Source: Eledone cirrhosa (lineage: Eukaryota). Taken from it: a DNA stretch of 64,000 bases. Positions 13,432-26,734 of this stretch are shown here, piece after piece. The stretch covers positions 266,538,001-266,602,000 of the forward strand of contig OZ024741.1 of the NCBI GenBank assembly GCA_964016885.1, read 5' to 3'. Positions within the stretch are counted from its first letter, which is position 1; the number at the start of each line of letters is the position of its first letter. The notes under the pieces were generated by a model, which was not told the origin of the DNA, searched no databases, and saw only the letters and a list, made by a program, of their open reading frames with translations. The position numbers were made by a program, and so were the translations under genes.

Positions 13432-15589
13432 GTACGTGTCTGTATTTTCTTCTGACGAATTTTCATCGATTTCTTTTGTAAAAATATTTTATATAAATTA
13501 TGTTTATTGGGGTTTTAATTCTGCTATACACACACACAGAATAAAATCATTTAAAAACATCCCGTAGCTTTCTCTTTGAGAATAGTTTTCATTTTCAAAA
13601 AAAAATTATGATAATGAAATCCACCTTGGTATGATCTGTCCCCAACAAACAGTTGCTTGTCTGTTGTCATGACCGGCTGCTATAGAGCTGCATTTTCTGC
13701 TTCATCATTACATATTATTACACTCTCAACTGTTCTATTAATTTTCTAGTTTTATATACTATGGCTAAGTGGAGTCTCATTACTTTGGGCTTTCAACAGT
13801 GTACTCACAGGATCGTAAGACTGACGTGAAACTTCAGAGTAACAAGACTCGTCACTTTAAGCCATAATAAAGTGTGTGTGTGTTTAAATATAAAGAATGG
13901 TGTTTTGAAGAGGAATGAAAGGGAACCAGAGTTAAATAAAGGACTCAATACATTTGCAGAGATTTTTTTTTTTTCATATAGAGAGAGGGAGTTGAAGATA
14001 TAAGTGCATTCTTGTTTTTAATATTTCTTTAGATGGTAACTTTAAAATTTGAAGAGTTTTCTTTTAGGCTACCTATGATGGGGGGGGGGGGGGATTTTTT
14101 AGTTCGCTTTGACTGGGATAAACTTTCTAATGCTAGTGTCACACAATTGCACCTTCAGTCGACACTAAGATATATAATATACACAAAAGGTGCCCAGTGT
14201 TTTCTGTTGCAGTGCATGTAAGATGGTAACACAGTAAATTACATCTACAGTCACTACTGTAAGATATATATATATATACAACACTAAAGGTGCCCAGTTT
14301 TTTCTGTTGCAGTACATGTCAGAATAAACTACCTACAGTTGACACTAAGGTAATCAAACAGTAACAATCTATTGAAATTATTGTTAGTCTTTCTTGAGTC
14401 TAGAGGCTGTTGTAGCTTATCTTGGTTTATTGTTGTGTCAAGTGACTGAGAGCTCTAGACTTCCACTGGGGTAACACACTAGTCGATCACAGTTAACCTC
14501 CAGGTGTTGCTGATACTTATTTTCAGCTGAGTGTACTGGTGCAACAAGGAATGTCTTACGACCATGCACCAGTTATTCTAGGGTTTCAACTCACAACCTT
14601 ATCAGTCTTGAGATTGTTAATCAATCTGCCTGACAACTGAGCGACATATCTTTACTATCCACATCAGGTCTAGAGTGGTTGCCATGTACTCAGCTAGACT
14701 GGAGTCCTTTTTACTCTAGGTTGTTAGTCATCTTAAAGTGTGTACTGGGTGGGGTTTTTTGTGGCCCCAGCACTAAAGATATCACATTCTTGTTGTTAAC
14801 CATTTACTGCAAGCTAAAAGGGGTTATATCTACTCCATACAGCTTTTCACTCTCATTACGTTTACAATCAGTGTCACAATGTATGTATTGCCAAGCTGGT
14901 CTTAGCATGGCAAGTTGTCAGTCATTATAATCCTGCGACATTCACCTCAAGAAGGAATTCTTCACAATTTTAGCATCTAATGGCATTACATTTTTATCAC
15001 CACCACCATCATCATTTAATGTCTATTTTCTGTGCTAGCAAGGTTTGGCTGTGTTGTCGACCAATCAGTACTCAAGCAGGGCCTCTGACCTGCAGTTGGA
15101 CCGGCGTCCCATACAATCCTACTCTACCAAGTACATTTTTATTACACCTAAATTTAGTTGATTTGTGGTAGGTTCGTGTCAATGATCATTATTCCATATA
15201 TGAAATGTTGAGTTGTATAAATAATTAATGATAAAACTGTTTAGTTTTCTAAGATAAGTATCAGAAGAAATAGTCAAAATGTTTTACTACTACTTGCTTT
15301 TTATCTTACATTTATTAACACGATCTAGGAGAAAATAAGCAATCTAAACTTTAATTCAGGCCTCTATAAGAGGTGTGTGCATGTGTGGGGAGGAGTGTGT
15401 ATGAAAGTGTGGGGGGAGGGTATGTCTGCTTGTGATTAAAAATGCAAAGTAATTCCTTAAATATTTTTTATTCTCAGTGAAACTCCTCACATAAGATATT
15501 AATGAATAAATCTTGAAACTGAAAGAAATTTTCTTGTTGCTACTGCCATCGTTGACAGCAGAATTCAACTTTATTTTTGTCAGTGGTGC

Positions 15590-15762
15590 ACTCTCTCTCT
15601 CTTCTCTTGGTCCCTCTTCTCTCGCCCCTCTTCTCTTGGTCTCTCTCTTCTCTCGCCCCTCTTCTCTTGGTCTCTCTCTTCTCTCGCCCCTCTTCTCTTG
15701 GTCTCTCTCTTCTCTCGCTCCCTCTTCTCTCGCTCCCTTTTCTCTCTCGCTCTCTCTCTCTC
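15590..15762. repeat. CT-rich compound tandem repeat (unit about 31 bp, CTCTTCTCTTGGTCTCTCTCTTCTCTCGCCC)
   Basis: TTGG recurs at 15607, 15636, 15667, 15698; explains the S/L- and R/E-rich ORFs in the track. Confidence 0.9.
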
Positions 15763-16761
15763 ATTTAACGTCTGTTTTCTTGTTAGCAAAAGTTGGCCAT
15801 GTCACAGACAAGTCATCACTTAAGCAAAGCAACTGACCTCTAGATGTGCCAGATAGTCGGCATATGAGCCTGTGCTCTATTGAGCGCATTTTATCATGGT
15901 ATCAACGCGAGGAGGGTTATCAGCTCTATGGCACAACTGAAGAGTCCTCTTGGCCTTTTATTTGGTAGGTTAACTATGGCTGGATGCTTTTCCTAAACAA
16001 CCACTTTACAGAGGGTACTGGGTGTGTTTATCATGTAAAATTAATCTGACTGCCAGCATAAAATGTGACCTTACCCATCTCCGTGCCTCTCCCCCTCCAC
16101 TAGCACTCCTTAGTAGCTATCCTAACCTCATCCATGCCTCAACTATCACTCCTTAGCTATTCGCCCCCCCCCACCCCATCTTGTCACACTGGTAAGTAAC
16201 CTCTCCTATGCTGTTGACCACCCCATTCACAGCCCTCCACTATCATCTTTTAATAGCTATTCGCACCATCTATATTCCTGCCACTCCTCTAAAAACCATG
16301 ACGCACCTGTGATTGCTCCCTTATGCTATTGGAGGTCACCTCCCCCAACCTTATGAAGAACAGAGAGGGCTCTTCAGTTGGAAAAATAACCGACAACCTT
16401 TCTAGTGCTAGTACCACAAAAATGCAGCCAATACATCCTGTAAGGTGGTTAGTGATAAGAGTATGCCGCTGTATAAAGCAATGTCAAACAAAGGGTTGGG
16501 AAGACCCTTCAATTGTGTCAAAGACATGACAACCTCTGTAGTGGTGGTGTCACAATAAAATGCACTTGGCAGAGTGCAGGATTATATGTAAGTAAGATGC
16601 AGGCACTGAATCCACTTGAGGGGGTCAGTCACCCTGTTTGAGTACAGACATGGAGTGTGAAGACCCATCCAATCCTTGTTAGCAGGGAAAACGAATGTTA
16701 AATGAAATGCATACACACACACACATACAGGTTATGTATTAGTGAATATTAAAGTCATAAT

Positions 16762-16860
16762 TGTTTCTACTTTTGGCACAAGGCCAGCAATTACCCAGTA
16801 CATTACTGGTACTTTATTTTATCGACCCCGTAAGGATGAAAGGCAAAGTTAACCTCGGCG
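16762..16860 (-). mobile_element. SINE family A, 5'-truncated short-tail copy
   Basis: 10-bp TSD AAGTCATAAT (16752-16761 / 16861-16870). Confidence 0.9.
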
Positions 16861-17317
16861 AAGTCATAATGATAAATTGTAGTGCTTTAAATATTAGTAT
16901 TTAATGTATCAGTTTATCTAATGCCATATAGGATCATTAGATAAAAAATAAAATAGTAAACTGCCACTATGTGTATCCGGTTTAGAATTGGTACACTATA
17001 TCCTTGCATGTTCTAAGAGGTGACTAAAATGGGTTGACGCCTAGAAGCTGATTGGCCATAAAGCATTGCTTCAAGAGGGCCCCTACTTTTAATTGGGGAA
17101 AATTGTTGTAACCTCATGCCACAATGGAAATATATACAAAACTGGTATCAAACTAGTTTGCTTTTAGTGATCACATAACTCTGTGTATCTGTAATGCAAA
17201 ATATTTTCCATTCTAAACATTGGGTGTGGCAGCAAGAGAAATGTTGGCTTTCTAAATTCATATTGAATGTTTTTGTTAATCCTCCCAAATCCTGCTTCCT
17301 TTAAAATTAGAAAGAAG

Positions 17318-17553
17318 TTAACTCTGTTGATAACAATCCACTCCAAAAAACTGCCCCTGTTTCTATTAAACAAAACCCATCCATTTTAATGGTTCTTGTT
17401 TAAATTTAAATCTTTCAACATAATTTATGTGCTTTTGTTACATTATAAATATCTTAATGAAGCAATCAATAATTTTAATAAATTCCTCTAAATTTTTCAT
17501 TAATTAATGAAAAATAGTGTATTTCTTCAGAAGTATGGCAACAAAAAGATTAA
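17318..17553 (-). mobile_element. piggyBac-type MITE family C
   Basis: TTAA at both ends; reverse-complement family motifs. Confidence 0.7.
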
Positions 17554-18965
17554 GTTTCATTGTCACCTTTATTTTACATCTACTTTTCTATATGTGCTTG
17601 AGTTAGGTGTTTTTCAATACAGTATCTTACAACTTGCTGCAGTCCTTTGTGATCTTTTCCTTGGTCTTCTTCTTCAGTAAGATTCTTCTACTTGATTGTT
17701 TTGCACTTATTTGGCCAGTTGTCATTCTCTCTCCCTTCCTCTCCATATGTATCACATATCTGTACCAGTGCAGTCTACTCTCTGGCACACAACAGCCAAT
17801 TATTCTTACACAGGAAGGTTCAGTCAGTTTGGGGTCTGAAGAGCCCAGGAATAACCAGGGAATATCTGACAACTCCAGCTTCTCAAAACCAACCTCTTGC
17901 TTCCTTCTATGTGAGGGGACTGAAAACATTTAGTGTTTTGAGAGAAGTTTGTTGCTAGTAAATCTTAAAGCATGTTTTATATTGATCCCAGAATCTTTCT
18001 TTCTTCTGTAGTATACCAACAAACGTTTTAAGGCCACTTTTTCTGCTAAATCAGATGTTTGCTTTGTTGGGCTTCCATAACAAATTACATATAGGTCATG
18101 GGTTCTTTTTAAGGCAATGTTTTACAGCTGGATGTCCTTCCAGGTACTAATCCTCTTTTAGTCGCATCTTACATGCAGGGATAGGGTGTACCTATTGTGT
18201 GTTATTAGAGGTGACTAAAAAGGCTGGCTTTTATATGTAAAGTATTAATACATTTTGCTATTTGGTTAACTCTAATATCTACCTGTAAGGCAGTTAATTG
18301 GCCGAGTTGTTAAAATGTCGGACATAATGTTTTGTGGTATTCATTTTGGCTCTCTGCACTTGAGTTCAAAACACTCCAGCGTCCACTTTGCCTTTCATCT
18401 CTTTGAGGTCGATAAGGGTGGGGGATGGACCAGTCTAGTATTTGGGTTGATTCTTCCTCTGCATCAGTTACTTTTCTTCTGTCACTTTTTCTCTTTGTCT
18501 GGAAGAAATTGGTGTGTTAAACCTAGAGAAAGGATGGACTTCACTAGGTTTAAAATAAATAGCCAAGACCTTCTGTATGTCACTATACTGTAGGAACTCA
18601 TTCTCCCTCTTCAGTCTGTAGTTTCTGTCCTCAGTGCTTTTGGTCTCTAAAAATTCAACAAACCTAGTAATATCTACTTTAAAACTACAGGTGACATAGG
18701 GCTAGCTGAACATTGTTGCATTGGAATTTAGAGATCCTCAAGAGGGTTTATATATTTAAATCTAATTTATTACCAACACTTCAAGCCTGCACTACTGATT
18801 ATTCTAAGGGGCATTTGAAATTTTTTTTTGTTGAGGATAGATTCAGATTTTAATCAGATAAGATTTATACTGATAATGTTCTGAAGAGCATTTTAGTGAT
18901 ATTTTTTACATATATATTTCTTTTAAAGCAATGTGAGAAGAGATAGAGGTTACTGGGGATGACTA

Positions 18966-18967
<2 letters not shown>

Positions 18968-19000
<33 letters not shown>
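18968..19000. repeat. (TG)n microsatellite
   Basis: Direct reading; other TG/CA runs at 23582-23611, 32137-32155, 48354-48374. Confidence 0.95.
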
Positions 19001-19002
<2 letters not shown>

Positions 19003-19239
19003 GGCAGAGAGGGGGTGTTATTTATCTCTTCATCTCTATGAAATTCCATAAAATGTAATTTTTTAATCTCTTTGAAATCTGGTTGTTTGGGATGGGTGGT
19101 AGCTGTGTGTAATATTGGGAGAGGATATGGAAAGGAAGTTATACATTAAATATTTGCTTTATTGGATGGTTTTTGGTAGCACTTTTATAGTTCTACTGGT
19201 GAAATTCTAAGGGATATATAGTCTACTTTCAGATTGCGA

Positions 19240-19579
19240 TTAACTCTTTCGTTATCATATTTATAATGAAAGACACTGCCTATGTTTTTCAAATTATTTT
19301 GAAAAATATGAAGAATTTGAAGTTTAGTAATATAACTTTCTCGTTAAATTGCTGAGCATAACTCAAAGGTTCTTACACGGAATGTTTTCAGATAATGAAA
19401 CCTTGTTGCTTTATTTCTCTCCACATTTCTCTATGCATGTCCTCTGCAGTCACAGCCCATGTTTCTGTCCCATGCAGCATCATATTTTGCACATAGGCAT
19501 CTTTAAACAATTTGAATTACACAGTTTAGTATTGTAGAAGTATGGGTGGTTTCAGGCAGTTTGGTATGAAAAGGGTTAA
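19240..19579 (+). mobile_element. piggyBac-type MITE family C with an internal insertion of about 110 bp
   Basis: TTAACTCTTTC ... GAAAAGGGTTAA. Confidence 0.8.
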
Positions 19580-22500
19580 ATTAAATAGTTCCTCTTTTGT
19601 CACCTCAAATGAAGTCGCAGAACAAATGTCTCATATGTGGCTGTTATTCCTGTACCAGACTCAGACTTACCTGCTATCTACAGACATATAAAACCCAATT
19701 AAGTAGCTCAAGTCATGGTCATTGACTACAGATAGATAAACAACAGTGTGTTAGCTAAGTGCTGAAATATGTCATTGTGTATTTTTCTGTAAAATTGGAA
19801 TATATTACTACAGTGGATTGGTATAGTTGTTAGAACATTGGACACATGTTTAGCAGTATTTGTTCTGGTTCTTTACGTTCTGAGTTCAAATCTCACCGAA
19901 GTCCACTTTGGGACTTTATTGATCTTGAAAAGACAAAAAGCAATCAGGTAGTGAAGGTTTATATAACCCCCACCCCCCAAAAATGCTGGCCTATATATAT
20001 TATTGCTACAAAATGACATTGTCGTAAAATGTCTTCCAACCACATGGCTGAGAATTTAGGAGTGGAAGATCACAAAGCCATTATGACCTAAATAAAAACT
20101 GTAGTTTTCCCAAAGAATTTGATTTAATAGTTTTCCTTTTAAATTTGAATTTTGGTTTTCAGTTTTATATCAAGTTGAGTTTACAAAAATCCTTCTAAAT
20201 AACCCCTCCCTATTTATCATGCACCCAGCTCACTCTGTAAAGTGGTAGTACTGATGCCACAATAGTGTCCAGTCCACCCTGTAAGGTGGTAGTGCTGGAA
20301 TAATGATAAAAAGCTCTCTACATACTGTAAAGAGGTCAGCATTAGGAGGGGGCATCCAGCAATAGACACCATACCAAATCAGAATATACATGCAGGACAT
20401 TGTCACATGACTCATCTAGCATGCGACAATCTGTCTAACACATGCAAGCATGGAAAATAGACGTTAAATGATGACTTTTTCTGTGTAAAAGTTTACCTTT
20501 GCTGGTGTTTTGTGAAATTCCTGAATACACTTTATTTATTTATTTTTTTTTTTTGTTAGAAAATAAGCTGAATGACATGAATACCACTGTGTGTGGGCAA
20601 ATAGATATTTATTTGGCTTTCTATATTCTGTATCGGTCATCAAACATTTGTTTTTATTGTACCAACATAAGACTAGAAATAATTTTATTTTTTATATATT
20701 GAAAGATCTTGATTGCTCTCCATGAGAATGCTCTTAATATCTTCTGAAATCATTAGCTCTTAATATCTTCTGACAATTTAGAACACAACTAAAAAGAAAA
20801 ACAGGTTTGTGAATTCAAATGTTTATAGTGTCCTTACTAAAAAAATTTCACTCCATAATGTGTCACTCTGAGAATCGAACCCATGACTTTATAATCATGG
20901 GCCCCACACTAGACTACACGCCTTCACCTTTAATGAGTAACACATTATAAACTAGTAAAGTACAGGTTTTCATACCTAATGTGCTGAGACAACACTTATT
21001 TTTAATCAATTAAAATTAAAACTCTGAGAAAAGTCAACGTTAAAGATTACACCCAGTCCTAAGTACATACTGATGATGTGTAACAATAGTGAAATACATT
21101 CGCCACTCTTATTCTGTTGAGGTAACTGTGAGATGTTCAGTTTAAATACTCACTGTGATACTAAATGTGTTTATTATACATAAATAGATTGTATATTAGT
21201 TCATAAATACCTTTATTTTGAATTACGCTGTTTAGTGCTATCATTAATTAATACTTATTGTGAAGCCCTTTATAAGTTAAAACGTTTTCAATTAAAACAG
21301 AATTGGTTATTTTATATTTCCTCTCTTGTATCTGTTATAATATTTGTTTCCAATCCTATGTTCAAAGTACAACATCCTTTTTAACTGAACTCCTTTCATA
21401 CCAAACCATCCGAAACCACTCTTGGTTTTATGATACAAAACGGTTTTAAAGTGTTTATATTTATCTAAAAACCTCCCACCTTAATTTTTATTTTAAAACC
21501 ATTGTTACATTTTGCTCCAAACAGTAGCTTAATGTTATATTACAAAATCTTTCCAAATTCTTGATTTTCAAAATTACTTGAAAATTGTAAGCAGCCTTCC
21601 ATCATAGTTTTATGTAAGATCCTTTATGCTCCAACACCAGCTAAGTAATGAGAAAGTTATATTACATCAAGCCCTCCAAATTCTTGATTTTCAATGATTT
21701 GAAAACCCTTGGCAGTGTCTTATATTATAAATATGGTAACAAATGTGTTAATTCTATTCTCCAAGTTATTTTCATTTGTTTCTATTAGTAAATTTGTAAA
21801 AAAAGCTTCTTTCTTAATAGGGTTTACAAACAATAGTGTTCTTGTTTTGAAATAGCTCCCATATTTGCTTGATACAACTGCTGGAATTTTAAAATCACCA
21901 GGACAATAGATTTCTTTTATTGTTGTACTTAATAGTTTCCACAAAGTTATTTTGGAATCTAGAACAGAGTTCAGAGGTGCAAGCATGGCATGGCTGTGTG
22001 GTTAGGGAGTTTGCTTCACAGCCATGTAGTTTCGGGTTCATTTCCACCTTGGGTTGACCAATTCATTGTGAATAAAATTTGGTAGTTAGAAACAAACTAA
22101 GTTCCTCAATTCTTGATTATTTTCAGAATCATTTGAAAATTGAGTCATTTATTATGAGAAATATGGGTTGGCCTGGAAAGGTAATGGGCTCCAAGTTTTA
22201 AATGCCTGAGAAATGCTGTATTTCACTATGACTTCATCAGGAGTTATGGGACCACATACATACATATTATTTTAAACCATCATTCAAAAGATCTTTTGTC
22301 TTACTCTTACCATATTATGGCTTTGAAGTTCAGCAGAACATTTATTTTACATAACTGCAGGCCATATTTCTGCAATATGGAGAATTAACAAATCTCCCTA
22401 ACTGGCACATGACTATCTTTTAGTCCCCTCCACTCCTAGCAAACAGCTGATAATTTCCAAAGGATGTTTAGGAAATGAGATTTACATGTAGAAATGGTTC

Positions 22501-22761
22501 CACACACAGCCCACTGATAAGAGGTTAGATACGCAAAGATCTTTTGCACATCTAACTGCTAATATATGCATCCATTTCTTCTAGGAATTTTTTTTCTGCC
22601 ACTGTCCACTCTCCTCTATCTTTCTATTTTTAAATTTCTCATTCTATTTTCCTACTATATCAAATGTAAAACTAATAATATATTTCTTCACTGCACTGTC
22701 GTGTGTGTGGGTGTGGGTGGGTGTGTGTGGGTGTGTGGGTGTGTGTGTGTGGGTGTGTGTG

Positions 22762-23355
22762 ACATTCATAGATTGGAAAGAAATGAAGCCTGCATGCTCC
22801 GATGGATGTGTAATAGTAATATACGAGAATAGTGAAGCATAAATGAACTGAGAGAGAAACTAGGCATAAGAGGAATCAAATGCTCTGTGCAGAAGAGATT
22901 ACGTTGGTATGGACATGTGATGTGCATGAAGGATGACAGCTGCATAAAAAAGTTCAGAGCACTCAGTCGTTGGAAGCCTTGGAGTGGGGAGACCCAGGAA
23001 GACTTGGGATGAGGTGATAAAAGCCAACCATGCCCAATTGCACCTCTCAAAGGTGATGACACATGACCGGGATCTCTGGCTATATGCAGTAATACAGAAG
23101 ACCAGACTTCCCACAAGCTAAAGCATATGTAGAGTATGCCCCAGCCCACACTGTAAAATGGATGTGTAAAATACATGGCAAAAAGCACCCAGCACACAGT
23201 CAATGTGGTTGGTGTTAGGAAGGGCATCCAGCCGTAGAAAACCATCCAGAAACACCCCTATATATGTGAGACATGGTCACCCAACCCAACTTGCCTCTAA
23301 ATGGGACCTGTCTAACCCATGCAAGCGTGGAAGATTGATGTTAATCAATGATGAT
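22762..23355 (+). mobile_element. RTE-clade LINE relic: C-terminal ORF end, 3'UTR and (ATG)n tail
   Basis: Frameshifted translation HRLERNEACMLRWMC...ELREKLGI...RLRWYGHVMCM...RPRKTWDEVIK, typical of the post-RT domain of RTE elements; followed by GGTTGGTGTTAGGAAGGGCATCCAGCCGTAGAAA and GATGTTAATCAATGATGA. Confidence 0.9.
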
Positions 23356-23579
23356 TTATATATATAAATGACCCCTACAGGACTAGAACTGTTTCATTCT
23401 TATGAAACAGTTTTAGTTCTGTAGAAGTCATTTCTATATATAATAAAAATATAATATAAATACCCTATCAATGTTTTGAGTACCATTTTTAACTGGTTAC
23501 CCCCAACACAACTCTGGAATCTACACATACATACTTGCATGCATGCGCGCATGCATGCGCGCACACACATACAATTGTT

Positions 23580-23613
<34 letters not shown>

Positions 23614-24393
23614 CTGTGCATACAGAAGAAACAAAACTCAGTACAGTGGTAGATTGGTGTATAATTTATTATAGTTATGAAGGTTTATTAGTGGCTTGAG
23701 GGGAAGAGTACGTGCTTACATGCACTTTTCAAACTGGTTAAGTACACTTAAGTATTAAACTCCTGGCTCTCGAGTCACTGGTATAGCATCAGCTATGATA
23801 AAATACACACCCACACTATATTAATTGCTACATGGCATCCAGTTAAACATGAAATCCATAGCTAAAGATTCTATGCCAACAGCCTCTGAGAAATGTAATG
23901 AATCAAGCAGTTTTGAAACTGATATGAAGGACGCCATTTCTTTCGGTAGCCTCTTAGTTGTAGTTCTTACTCATCAACTGATAAATTTAGCTGTGCCGAA
24001 CTATTTATAATTACTATCTTGTTTTAATCAGCTCTAAACTGTTCATGACCTTCTCAATACAGCTTAAATAACTATCTCTTGTGGTCCTTAAAAGCTTCAA
24101 GGCTGGCTCTACCTGTTATGCCCAGTGAATTAATTCTACTTCCCTTCAGCTGTTTTGTTTGCCCTATTATCAACAGTGTATTATCTGTTTAGGATTCCAT
24201 TTCAACTGGTGATAACACACTAAGATTTGGTTGTCTTATTTTCCTATGTTTAAGAATTGCTATATATTATGTTACTAAATGTTCATTTGTTCACAACTGT
24301 ATATGTTATGCAGGCTAAAGTATGTCAATAAAAAGTTTACTTATAGTATGTAAGAATTTAAGGAAAACAAGTTCATCTTCATCATCATTTTTA

Positions 24394-24736
24394 CATTAAT
24401 GGATGTGCAATGTTAATGTGCATGAATGATGAAGCATGGATGAGCTGAGAGAAAAGCTGGGTATAAGAGGAATCGGATGTAGTGCACAGAAGAGAAGAAT
24501 GCATAGGTATGGTCATGTGATGTGTATGGATGATAATCATTGGGTGAAAAGTGTCAGATACCAATGGAAGGAAGCTGCAGTAGGAAAGCCAAGGAAAACC
24601 TGGGCAGAGGTAGTGAGTGGATCTCAAAATACTGAAACTCACAGGAAATGGTGCACTATGAGTGGTACGAGGCTCTACTGGAAAGGACCTGTCTGATCCA
24701 TACAAGCATGCAAAAGTGGATGTAAAACGGTGATGA
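24394..24736 (+). mobile_element. RTE-clade LINE 3' relic
   Basis: ORF 24436-24696 DELREKLGIRGI..RRMHRYGHVMCMDD..GKPRKTWAEVV; tail GGATGTAAAACGGTGATGA. Confidence 0.9.
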
Positions 24737-25000
24737 TTTTCCATGCTTGAATGGATTAGATAAGTTTCCTCAAGCAGTTTTTCTTCACTTGCTGTATTCT
24801 GAGATCAGTTCTTAACACTTTTGATCCAGTTTTTAGTTTTTCTGTTCAGTAGCTTCTTTCAATTTGGCTTTAAAGACACTTCTTCCCCCAACTATCATCA
24901 TCCATACACATCATGTGTCTGTACCAGTGCACTCTTCTCTTGCATACTACATCTGATTCCTCCTTACTAGTTCTTTTCTCAACTCATCTGTGCCTTGTTC
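24737..25000 (-). mobile_element. RTE-clade LINE 3' relic, tail-to-tail with the preceding copy
   Basis: Reverse complement reads GATGAGTTGAGAAAAGAACTAG..GGAATCAGATGTAG..GATGTGTATGGATGATGATAG, colinear with 24440-24560. Confidence 0.85.
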
Positions 25001-25949
25001 TTTTTTTTTTTTTTTTACAATAACTAAATGCATAGAAGTATAGAATCACTTTTTTGTTTAATTTGCTCATTAAGGTTAATGTAATACAACATACTAATTA
25101 AATGGTGTTATTTAGATATGACCTCCATCATTGGTGTCCACTGTTGGAGATATTAAGTGGAATTAATTAATTCTTAACAGCTTGATATGCTAAAATATGT
25201 AAAAACGGGATCTGTTAATTGAAATGTTTATTTTATCTTTACAAGTAGATAGTTCCCTATAAAAATTTAAGTGCCAGCCATAATTAGTTCACTAATTACA
25301 AAGAAACATAATTAGGGTGTGCTTACAAACAGGCGACATCTCAAACATTCAATATAACTATATAAATATTACATGAATTAACTATGTATTACTTTCGTAA
25401 TAAAGTTTAACATCAGTCTGGTTTTTATTTTATTCACATTTTTAGACAGTAAGCTAGTAAGCTAATTAAAGATGGCCTAGCCTGTGTACATTTTGGCATT
25501 AGTTGGGGAGGGGTTATTATCTTTTATTATGTCATGTATAAGTAGTCAGATAAACAACCCTCTCCCTCTTTTTCTGTCCCACCAATATTGACTTCTCCTT
25601 TTAACTCCAGAAGAGACCCACCTCAGTTGTCAAATGTGAGCAGTCATAATTACTGCTAGTATTTGGTCTTAATAACAGTTTTTAAAATATCTATTCACCT
25701 TCTTTTGAAAATGAAAAAGAGATGTTTTTCAGTTGTTAACCTCTCTGAAAAATTTGTCAAAACATATTGGCTTTGTCCTTTGAAAATAAAGGCTTTGTTA
25801 AAATACATGGGAGCTTTCTTTTAACAACTAAGCATCAATTAACTTTCAGGACAAACACATTCACCTTAATAAAACACTGACTTATTGTTGTTCTACAGAT
25901 GTAATTTGTACCCTTTTCCTTTTTTTAGTCTTATCTTTCCACTTGTATC

Positions 25950-26255
25950 CTTAAAGGTGTCATGTAAAGAAAGACCTGATGCTCTGCATTGTGTTAGAAG
26001 ACCTGTCCTAGTTTGATGCTGTGTGATATCAAGGTGTCCTTGATGCCATCAATCCACTTTCTAGATCAGTTTCTGACTCTGTGGCCAAACATCCTTGTTA
26101 TACACATGATGGTAAATGGTATTCTCATGACATGTCCGAACCATCCTACTCTGTTGTTGTATGTAATGATTGATTAGTGTTCCCTCACTACTTTCCTGCT
26201 TCTATCTTGGCTAGTCATGTTGACAGATTTTTCCCAGGCAGTGAGTGCATCATTC
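25950..26255 (-). mobile_element. Decayed LINE relic, second RTE-like family
   Basis: Minus strand encodes RVGWFGHVMRIP, the W(F/Y)GHV.R motif of RTE-like C-termini; nucleotide sequence differs from the 22762 family. Confidence 0.65.
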
Positions 26256-26734
26256 ATTTATAAAATTCATATATATTCACCAGTGTTATCACATTTTATC
26301 ATGAAGCATTTTGTGATTCCACAATTAATTGTAATGTGGACTTGATCTTATCTTTGTTTGTAAATTAAGGAAGAGCTATAGACATTCTAGTTAATACAAG
26401 CCCAATGTAAAAAGTTAATGTTGAGTCACCAGTCTGATCATCATCATCATGGATTTCTATTAGATTTGACTTTTACCAGTGAAAACTGTCATTTGGTTTC
26501 TAAACTGTTTTTAGGATGATCATGGTAGTCAGTGTTGATGACTATACTCAGACTGTATAGTGAGTGATGAACACAACTCCACCATATCTGTTTTGATACT
26601 TCAAACTACAGCAGAGATGGAAGAAGGGTTGTGTTTAATGCTAGTGAAATTTCTAAGATTTTTGTGACTGCATTTAGAAAAATAACTAGGAATTTAAAAG
26701 GATTTAGTAAAATGACTTTTGCATAATTACATTC

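Noticed and set aside
15513-15836. Overlapping S/L-rich and R/E-rich ORFs
   Set aside because: Produced by the CT-rich tandem repeat.
19665-19788. Perfect minus-strand donor CAG|GTAAGT with an upstream acceptor (116-nt antisense exon)
   Set aside because: Stops in all three frames, no partner exons found, and one such 9-mer is plausible by chance across both strands.
22766-23245. 159-aa minus-strand ORF
   Set aside because: Antisense shadow of the + strand RTE relic.
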